NCBI GenBank assembly: GCA_964016885.1
Contig: OZ024748.1
Span: 37,448,001 to 37,512,000, forward strand
Source: Eledone cirrhosa
Lineage: Eukaryota
Length of the DNA: 64,000 bases
Reading direction: 5' to 3'
A model generated the notes under the pieces. That model did no database searches, was not told the DNA's origin, and worked only from the letters and a program-made list of their open reading frames with translations. Shown piece by piece: positions 1 through 11,100 of the stretch (its first letter is position 1; each line of letters begins with the position of its first letter). The translations under genes and the position numbers were made by a program.

Positions 1-2133
1 AGTATGACAATGTCAGTGTCAGTGTTAACTACCTCTAGATCTAGTATGACAATGTTAGTGTCAGTGTTAACTACCACTAGATCTAGTATGACAATGTCAG
101 TGTCAGTGTTAACTACCTCTAGATCTAGTATGACAATGTTAGTGTCAGTGTTAACTACCTCTAGATCTAGTATGACAATGTTACTGTCAGTGTTAACTAC
201 CTCTAGATCTAGTATGACAATGTCAGTGTCAGTGTTAACTACCTCTAGATCTAGTAAGACAATGTCAGTGTCAGTGTTAACTACCTCTAGATCTAGTATG
301 ACAATATCAGTGTCAGTGTTAACTACCTCTAGATCTAGTAAGACAATGTCAGTGTCAGTGTTAACTACCTCTAGATCTAGTGTGACAATGTCAGTGTCAG
401 TGTTAACTACCTCTAGATCTAGTATGACAATGTCAGTGTCAGGGTTAACTACCTCAAGATCTAGTGTGACGATGTTAGTGTCAGTGTTAAATACCTCTAG
501 ATCTAGTATGACGATGTCAGTGTCAGTGTTAACTACCACAAGATCTAGTGTGACAATGTTAGTGTCAGTGTTAACTACCTCTAGATATAGTATGACAATG
601 TCAGTGTCAGTGTTTACTACCTCTAGATCTAGTATGACAATGTTAGTGTCAGTGTTAACTACCTCTAGATCTAGTGTGACAATGTTAGTGTCAGTGTTAA
701 CTACCTCTAGATATAGTGTGACAATGTTAGTGTCAGTGTTAACTACCACTAGATCTAGTGTGACAATGTTAGTGTCAGTGTTAACTACCTCTAGATATAG
801 TATGACAATGTCAGTGTCAGTGTTAACTACCTCTAGATCTAGTATGACAATGTCAGTGTCAGTGTTAACTACCACAAGATCTAGTGTGACAATGTTAGTG
901 TCAGTGTTAACTACCTCTAGATATAGTATGACAATGTCAGTGTCAGTGTTTACTACCTCTAGATCTAGTATGACAATGTTAGTGTCAGTGTTAACTACCT
1001 CTAGATCTAGTGTGACAATGTTAGTGTCAGTGTTAACTACCTCTAGATATAGTATGACAATGTTAGTGTCAGTGTTAACTACCTCTAGATCTAGTATGAC
1101 AATGTTAGTGTCAGTGTTAACTACCTCTAGATCTAGTATGACAATGTTAGTGTCAGTGTTAACTACCTCTAGATCTAGTGTGACAATGTTAGTGTCAGTG
1201 TTAACTACCTCTAGATATAGTATGACAATGTCAGTGTCAGTGTTAACTACCTCTAGATCTAGTATGACAATGTCAGTGTCATGGTTAACTACCTCTAGAT
1301 CTAGTGTGACAATGTTAGTGTCAGTGTTAACTACCACTAGATCTAGTATGACAATGTCAGTTTCAGTGTTAACTACCTCTAGATCTAGTATGACAATGTT
1401 AGTGTCAGTGTTAACTACCACTAGATCTAGTATGACAATGTCAGTGTCAGGGTTAACTACCTCAAGATCTAGTGTGACAATGTTAGTGTCAGTGTTAACT
1501 ACCTCTAGATCTAGTATGACAATGTTAGTGTCAGTGTTAACTACCACTAGATCTAGTATGACAATGTCAGTGTCAGGGTTAACTACCTCAAGATCTAGTG
1601 TGACAATGTCAGTGTCAGTGTTAACTACCTCTAGATCTAGTATGACAATGTCAGTGTCAGTGTTAACTACCTCTAGATCTAGTATGACAATGTTAGTGTC
1701 AGTGTTAACTACCTCTAGATCTAGTGTGACAATGTTAGTGTCAGTGTTAACTACCTCAAGATCTAGTGTGACAATGTTAGTGTCAGTGTTAACTACCTCT
1801 AGTTATAGTATGACAATGTTAGTGTCAGTGTTAACTACCTGTAGATCTAGTATGACAATATCAGTGTCAGTGTTAACTACCTCTAGATCTAGTATGACAA
1901 TGTTAGTGACAGTGTTATCTACCTCTAGATCTAGTATGACAATGTCAGTGTCAGTGTTAACTACCTCTAGATCTAGTGGGACGATGTTAGTGTCAGTGTT
2001 AACTACCTGTAGATCTAGTATGACAATGTCAGTGTCAGGGTTAACTAGCTCTAGATCTAGTATGACAATGTTAGTGTCAGTGTTAACTACCACTAGATCT
2101 AGTGTGACAATGTTAGTGTCAGTGTTAACTACC
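1..2133 (+). repeat. Segment duplicated at 7207-9339 (offset 7206)
   Basis: Rare variants recur at a constant offset: TTACTG 181/7387, TAAGAC 255/7461, AGTTAT 1801/9007, AGTGGG 1975/9181. Confidence 0.85.
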
Positions 2134-2185
2134 TCAAGATCTAGTGTGACAATGTTAGTGTCAGTGTTAACTACCTCTAGTTATA

Positions 2186-5100
2186 GTATGACAATGTTAG
2201 TGTCAGTGTTAACTAACTCTAGATCTAGTGTGACAATGTTAGTGTCAGTGTTAACTACCTCAAGATCTAGTGTGACAATGTTAGTGTCAGTGTTAACTAC
2301 CTCTAGTTATAGTATGACAATGTTAGTGTCAGTGCTAACTACCTGTAGATCTAGTATGACAATATCAGTGTCAGTGTTAACTACCTCTAGATCTAGTATG
2401 ACAATGTTAGTGTCAGTGTTATCTACCTCTAGATCTAGTATGACAATGTCAGTGTCAGTGTTAACTACCTCTAGATCTAGTGTGACAATGTCAGTGTCAG
2501 TGTTAATACCTGTAGATCTAGTATGACAATGTCAGTGTCAGGGTTAACTAGCTCTAGATCTAGTATGACAATGTTAGTGTCAGTGTTAACTACCACTAGA
2601 TCTAGTGAGACGATGTTAGTGTCAGTGTTAACTACCTGTAGATCTAGTATGACAATGTCAGTGTCAGGGTTAACTAGCTCTAGATCTAGTATGACAATGT
2701 TAGTGTCAGTGTTAACTACCTCTAGATCTAGTATGACAATGTCAGTGTCAGTGTTAACAACCTCTAGATCTACTATGACAATGTCAGTGTCAGTGTTAAC
2801 TACCACTAGATCTAGTATGACAATGTCAGAGTTAACTACCTCTAGATGTAATATGACAATGTCAGTGTCAGTGTTAACTACCTCTAGATCTAGTATGACA
2901 ATGTCAGTGTCAGTGTTAACTACCTCTAGATCTAGTGTGACAATGTCAGTGTCAGTGTTAACTACCTCTAGATCTAGTATGACAATGTCAGTGTCAGTGT
3001 TAACTACCTCTAGATCTAGTGTGACAATGTCAGTGTCAGGTGTTAACTACCTCTAGATCTAGTATGACAATGTTAGTGTCAGTGTTAACTATCTCTAGAT
3101 CTAGTGTGACAATGTTAGTGTCAGTGTTAACTACCTCTAGATATAGTATGACAATGTCAGTGTCAGTGTTAACTACCTCTAGATCTAGAGTGACAATGTC
3201 AGTGTCAGTGTTAACTACCTCTAGATCTAGTATGACAATGTTAGTGTCAGTGTTAACTATCTCTAGATCTAGTGTGACAATGTTAGTGTCAGTGTTAACT
3301 ACCTCTAGATATAGTATGACAATGTCAGTGTCAGTGTTAACTACCTCTAGATCTAGTATGACAATGTCAGTGTCAGTGTTAACTACCACAAGATCTAGTG
3401 TGACAATGTTAGTGTCAGTGTTAACTACCTCTAGATATAGTATGACAATGTCAGTGTCAGTGTTTACTACCTCTAGATCTAGTATGACAATGTTAGTGTC
3501 AGTGTTAACTACCTCTAGATCTAGTGTGACAATGTTAGTGTCAGTGTTAACTACCTCTAGATATAGTATGACAATGTTAGTGTCAGTGTTAACTACCTCT
3601 AGATCTAGTATGACAATGTTAGTGTCAGTGTTAACTACCTCTAGATCTAGTATGACAATGTTAGTGTCAGTGTTAACTACCTCTAGATCTAGTGTGACAA
3701 TGTTAGTGTCAGTGTTAACTACCTCTAGATATAGTATGACAATGTCAGTGTCAGTGTTAACTACCTCTAGATCTAGTATGACAATGTCAGTGTCATGGTT
3801 AACTACCTCTAGATCTAGTGTGACAATGTTAGTGTCAGTGTTAACTACCACTAGATCTAGTATGACAATGTCAGTGTCAGTGTTAACTCCCTCTAGATCT
3901 AGTATGACAATGTTAGTGTCAGTGTTAACTACCACTAGATCTAGTATGACAATGTCAGTGTCAGGGTTAACTACCTCAAGATCTAGTGTGACAATGTTAG
4001 TGTCAGTGTTAACTACCTCTAGATCTAGTATGACAATGTTAGTGTCAGTGTTAACTACCACTAGATCTAGTATGACAATGTCAGTGTCAGGGTTAACTAC
4101 CTCAAGATCTAGTGTGACAATGTCAGTGTCAGTGTTAACTACCTCTAGATCTAGTATGACAATGTCAGTGTCAGTGTTAACTACCTCTCGATCTAGTATG
4201 ACAATGTTAGTGTCAGTGTTAACTACCTCTAGATCTAGTATGACAATGTTAGTGTCAGTGTTAACTACCTCTAGATCTAGTGTGACAATGTTAGTGTCAG
4301 TGTTAACTACCTCAAGATCTAGTGTGACAATGTTAGTGTCAGTGTTAACTACCTCTAGTTATAGTATGACAATGTTAGTGTCAGTGTTAACTACCTGTAG
4401 ATCTAGTATGACAATATCAGTGTCAGTGTTAACTACCTCTAGATCTAGTATGACAATGTTAGTGTCAGTGTTATCTACCTCTAGATCTAGTATGACAATG
4501 TCAGTGTCAGTGTTAACTACCTCTAGATCTAGTGAGACGATGTTAGTGTCAGTGTTAACTACCTGTAGATCTAGTATGACAATGTCAGTGTCAGAGTTAA
4601 CTAGCTCTAGATCTAGTATGACAATGTTAGTGTCAGTGTTAACTACCACTAGATCTAGTGTGACAATGTTAGTGTCAGTGTTAAGTACCTCTAGATCTAG
4701 TGTGACAATGTTAGTGTCAGTGTTAACTACCACTAGATCTAGTGTGACAATGTTAGTGTCAGTGTTAACTACCTCTAGATATAGTATGACAATGTCAGTG
4801 TCAGTGTTAACTACCTCTAGATCTAGTATGACAATGTCAGTGTCAGTGTTAACTACCACAAGATCTAGTGTGACAATGTTAGTGTCAGTGTTAACTACCT
4901 CTAGATATAGTATGACAATGTCAGTGTCAGTGTTTACTACCTCTAGATCTAGTATGACAATGTTAGTGTCAGTGTTAACTACCTCTAGATCTAGTGTGAC
5001 AATGTTAGTGTCAGTGTTAACTACCTCTAGATATAGTATGACAATGTTAGTGTCAGTGTTAACTACCTCTAGATCTAGTATGACAATGTTAGTGTCAGTG

Positions 5101-8100
5101 TTAACTACCTCTAGATCTAGTATGACAATGTTAGTGTCAGTGTTAACTACCTCTAGATCTAGTGTGACAATGTTAGTGTCAGTGTTAACTACCTCTAGAT
5201 ATAGTATGACAATGTCAGTGTCAGTGTTAACTACCTCTAGATCTAGTATGACAATGTCAGTGTCATGGTTAACTACCTCTAGATCTAGTGTGACAATGTT
5301 AGTGTCAGTGTTAACTACCACTAGATCTAGTATGACAATGTCAGTTTCAGTGTTAACTACGTCTAGATCTAGTATGACAATGTTAGTGTCAGTGTTAACT
5401 ACCACTAGATCTAGTATGACAATGTCAGTGTCAGGGTTAACTACCTCAAGATCTAGTGTGTCAATGTTAGTGTCAGTGTTAACTACCTCTAGATCTAGTA
5501 TGACAATGTTAGTGTCAGTGTTAACTACCACTAGATCTAGTATGACAATGTCAGTGTCAGGGTTAACTACCTCAAGATCTAGTGTGACAATGTCAGTGTC
5601 AGTGTTAACTACCTCTAGATCTAGTATGACAATGTCAGTGTCAGTCTTAACTACCTCTAGATCTAGTATGACAATGTTAGTGTCAGTGTTAACTACCTCT
5701 AGATCTAGTATGACAATGTTAGTGTCAGTGTTAACTACCTCTAGATCTAGTGTGACAATGTTAGTGTCAGTGTTAACTACCTCAAGATCTAGTGTGACAA
5801 TGTTAGTGTCAGTGTTAACTACCTCTAGTTATAGTATGACAATGTTAGTGTCAGTGTTAACTACCTGTAGATCTAGTATGACAATATCAGTGTCAGTGTT
5901 AACTACCTCTAGATCTAGTATGACAATGTTAGTGACAGTGTTATCTACCTCTAGATCTAGTATGACAATGTCAGTGTCAGTGTTAACTACCTCTAGATCT
6001 AGTGGGACGATGTTAGTGTCAGTGTTAACTACCTGTAGATCTAGTATGACAATGTCAGTGTCAGGGTTAACTAGCTCTAGATCTAGTATGACAATGTTAG
6101 TGTCAGTGTTAACTACCACTAGATCTAGTGTGACAATGTTAGTGTCAGTGTTAACTACCACTAGATCTAGTATGACAATGTCAGTGTCAGTGTTAACTAC
6201 CTCTAGATCTAGTGTGACAATGTTAGTGTCAGTGTTAACTACCACTAGATCTAGTATGACAATGTCAGTGTCAGTGTTAACTACCTCTAGATCTAGTATG
6301 ACAATGTTAGTGTCAGTGTTAACTACCTCTAGATATAGTATGACAATGTCAGTGTCAGTGTTAACTACCTCTAGATCTAGTATGACAATGTCAGTGTCAG
6401 TGTTAACTACCACAAGATCTAGTGTGACAATGTTAGTGTCAGTGTTAACTACCTCTAGATATAGTATGACAATGTCAGTGTCAGTGTTTACCAACTCTAG
6501 ATCTAGTATGACAATGTTAGTGTCAGTTTTAACTACCTCTAGATCTAGTGTGACAATGTTAGTGTCAGTGTTAACTACCTCTAGATATAGTATGACAATG
6601 TCAGTGTCAGTGTTTACTACCTCTAGATCTAGTATGACAATGTTAGTGTCAGTGTTAACTACCTCTAGATCTAGTGTGACAATGTTAGTGTCAGTGTTAA
6701 CTACCTCTAGATATAGTATGACAATGTCAGTGTCAGTGTTAACTACCTCTAGATCTAGTATGACAATGTCAGTGTCAGTGTTAACTACCTCTAGATCTAG
6801 TATGACAATGTCAGTGTCAGTGTTAACTACCACTAGATCTAGTATGACAATGTCAGTGTCAGTGTTAACTACCACTATATCTAGTATGACAATGTCAGAG
6901 TTAACTACCTCTAGATCTAGTATGACAATGTCAGTGTCAGTGTTAACTACCTCTATATCTAGTATGACAATGTCAGTGTCAGTGTTAACTACCACTAGAT
7001 CTAGTATGACAATGTCAGAGTTAACTACCTCTAGATCTAATATGACAATGTCAGTGTCAGTGTTAACTACCTCTAGATCTAGTGTGACAATGTTAGTGTC
7101 AGTGTTAACTACCTCTAGATCTAGTATGACAATGTTAGTGTCAGTGTTAACTACCACTAGGTCTAGTATGACAATGTCAGTGTCAGTGTTAACTACCTCT
7201 AGATCTAGTATGACAATGTCAGTGTCAGTGTTAACTACCTCTAGATCTAGTATGACAATGTTAGTGTCAGTGTTAACTACCACTAGATCTAGTATGACAA
7301 TGTCAGTGTCAGTGTTAACTACCTCTAGATCTAGTATGACAATGTTAGTGTCAGTGTTAACTACCTCTAGATCTAGTATGACAATGTTACTGTCAGTGTT
7401 AACTACCTCTAGATCTAGTATGACAATGTCAGTGTCAGTGTTAACTACCTCTAGATCTAGTAAGACAATGTCAGTGTCAGTGTTAACTACCTCTAGATCT
7501 AGTATGACAATATCAGTGTCAGTGTTAACTACCTCTAGATCTAGTAAGACAATGTCAGTGTCAGTGTTAACTACCTCTAGATCTAGTGTGACAATGTCAG
7601 TGTCAGTGTTAACTACCTCTAGATCTAGTATGACAATGTCAGTGTCAGGGTTAACTACCTCAAGATCTAGTGTGACGATGTTAGTGTCAGTGTTAAATAC
7701 CTCTAGATCTAGTATGACGATGTCAGTGTCAGTGTTAACTACCACAAGATCTAGTGTGACAATGTTAGTGTCAGTGTTAACTACCTCTAGATATAGTATG
7801 ACAATGTCAGTGTCAGTGTTTACTACCTCTAGATCTAGTATGACAATGTTAGTGTCAGTGTTAACTACCTCTAGATCTAGTGTGACAATGTTAGTGTCAG
7901 TGTTAACTACCTCTAGATATAGTGTGACAATGTTAGTGTCAGTGTTAACTACCACTAGATCTAGTGTGACAATGTTAGTGTCAGTGTTAACTACCTCTAG
8001 ATATAGTATGACAATGTCAGTGTCAGTGTTAACTACCTCTAGATCTAGTATGACAATGTCAGTGTCAGTGTTAACTACCACAAGATCTAGTGTGACAATG

Positions 8101-11100
8101 TTAGTGTCAGTGTTAACTACCTCTAGATATAGTATGACAATGTCAGTGTCAGTGTTTACTACCTCTAGATCTAGTATGACAATGTTAGTGTCAGTGTTAA
8201 CTACCTCTAGATCTAGTGTGACAATGTTAGTGTCAGTGTTAACTACCTCTAGATATAGTATGACAATGTTAGTGTCAGTGTTAACTACCTCTAGATCTAG
8301 TATGACAATGTTAGTGTCAGTGTTAACTACCTCTAGATCTAGTATGACAATGTTAGTGTCAGTGTTAACTACCTCTAGATCTAGTGTGACAATGTTAGTG
8401 TCAGTGTTAACTACCTCTAGATATAGTATGACAATGTCAGTGTCAGTGTTAACTACCTCTAGATCTAGTATGACAATGTCAGTGTCATGGTTAACTACCT
8501 CTAGATCTAGTGTGACAATGTTAGTGTCAGTGTTAACTACCACTAGATCTAGTATGACAATGTCAGTTTCAGTGTTAACTACCTCTAGATCTAGTATGAC
8601 AATGTTAGTGTCAGTGTTAACTACCACTAGATCTAGTATGACAATGTCAGTGTCAGGGTTAACTACCTCAAGATCTAGTGTGACAATGTTAGTGTCAGTG
8701 TTAACTACCTCTAGATCTAGTATGACAATGTTAGTGTCAGTGTTAACTACCACTAGATCTAGTATGACAATGTCAGTGTCAGGGTTAACTACCTCAAGAT
8801 CTAGTGTGACAATGTCAGTGTCAGTGTTAACTACCTCTAGATCTAGTATGACAATGTCAGTGTCAGTGTTAACTACCTCTAGATCTAGTATGACAATGTT
8901 AGTGTCAGTGTTAACTACCTCTAGATCTAGTGTGACAATGTTAGTGTCAGTGTTAACTACCTCAAGATCTAGTGTGACAATGTTAGTGTCAGTGTTAACT
9001 ACCTCTAGTTATAGTATGACAATGTTAGTGTCAGTGTTAACTACCTGTAGATCTAGTATGACAATATCAGTGTCAGTGTTAACTACCTCTAGATCTAGTA
9101 TGACAATGTTAGTGACAGTGTTATCTACCTCTAGATCTAGTATGACAATGTCAGTGTCAGTGTTAACTACCTCTAGATCTAGTGGGACGATGTTAGTGTC
9201 AGTGTTAACTACCTGTAGATCTAGTATGACAATGTCAGTGTCAGGGTTAACTAGCTCTAGATCTAGTATGACAATGTTAGTGTCAGTGTTAACTACCACT
9301 AGATCTAGTGTGACAATGTTAGTGTCAGTGTTAACTACCACTAGATCTAGTATGACAATGTCAGTGTCAGTGTTAACTACCTCTAGATCTAGTGTGACAA
9401 TGTTAGTGTCAGTGTTAACTACCACTAGATCTAGTATGACAATGTCAGTGTCAGTGTTAACTACCTCTAGATCTAGTATGACAATGTTAGTGTCAGTGTT
9501 AACTACCTCTAGATATAGTATGACAATGTCAGTGTCAGTGTTAACTACCTCTAGATCTAGTATGACAATGTCAGTGTCAGTGTTAACTACCACAAGATCT
9601 AGTGTGACAATGTTAGTGTCAGTGTTAACTACCTCTAGATATAGTATGACAATGTCAGTGTCAGTGTTTACCAACTCTAGATCTAGTATGACAATGTTAG
9701 TGTCAGTTTTAACTACCTCTAGATCTAGTGTGACAATGTTAGTGTCAGTGTTAACTACCTCTAGATATAGTATGACAATGTCAGTGTCAGTGTTTACTAC
9801 CTCTAGATCTAGTATGACAATGTTAGTGTCAGTGTTAACTACCTCTAGATCTAGTGTGACAATGTTAGTGTCAGTGTTAACTACCTCTAGATATAGTATG
9901 ACAATGTCAGTGTCAGTGTTAACTACCTCTAGATCTAGTATGACAATGTCAGTGTCAGTGTTAACTACCTCTAGATCTAGTATGACAATGTTAGTGTCAG
10001 TGTTAACTACCTCTAGATCTAGTATGACAATGTTAGTGTCAGTGTTAACTACCTCTAGATCTAGTGTGACAATGTTAGTGTCAGTGTTAACTACCTCAAG
10101 ATCTAGTGTGACAATGTTAGTGTCAGTGTTAACTACCTCTAGTTATAGTATGACAATGTTAGTGTCAGTGTTAACTACCTGTAGATCTAGTATGACAATA
10201 TCAGTGTCAGTGTTAACTACCTCTAGATCTAGTATGACAATGTTAGTGACAGTGTTATCTACCTCTAGATCTAGTATGACAATGTCAGTGTCAGTGTTAA
10301 CTACCTCTAGATCTAGTGGGACGATGTTAGTGTCAGTGTTAACTACCTGTAGATCTAGTATGACAATGTCAGTGTCAGGGTTAACTAGCTCTAGATCTAG
10401 TATGACAATGTTAGTGTCAGTGTTAACTACCACTAGATCTAGTGTGACAATGTTAGTGTCAGTGTTAACTACCACTAGATCTAGTATGACAATGTCAGTG
10501 TCAGTGTTAACTACCTCTAGATCTAGTGTGACAATGTTAGTGTCAGTGTTAACTACCACTAGATGTAGTATGACAATGTCAGTGTCAGTGTTAACTACCT
10601 CTAGATCTAGTATGACAATGTTAGTGTCAGTGTTAACTACCTCTAGATATAGTATGACAATGTCAGTGTCAGTGTTAACTACCTCTAGATCTAGTATGAC
10701 AATGTCAGTGTCAGTGTTAACTACCACAAGATCTAGTGTGACAATGTTAGTGTCAGTGTTAACTACCTCTAGATATAGTATGACAATGTCAGTGTCAGTG
10801 TTTACCAACTCTAGATCTAGTATGACAATGTTAGTGTCAGTTTTAACTACCTCTAGATCTAGTGTGACAATGTTAGTGTCAGTGTTAACTACCTCTAGAT
10901 ATAGTATGACAATGTCAGTGTCAGTGTTTACTACCTCTAGATCTAGTATGACAATGTTAGTGTCAGTGTTAACTACCTCTAGATCTAGTGTGACAATGTT
11001 AGTGTCAGTGTTAACTACCTCTAGATATAGTATGACAATGTCAGTGTCAGTGTTAACTACCTCTAGATCTAGTATGACAATGTCAGTGTCAGTGTTAACT

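Noticed and set aside
38-41. GATC-rich bacterial origin or iteron array
   Set aside because: There are no DnaA boxes, AT-rich unwinding element or rep gene, and the scale of more than 1500 copies is far beyond iteron arrays.
24-42. Synthetic construct or polylinker concatemer (HpaI, XbaI and BglII sites in each unit)
   Set aside because: Nested duplications, lineage-specific variants and a positional gradient indicate natural array evolution. The sites are a consequence of the palindromes.
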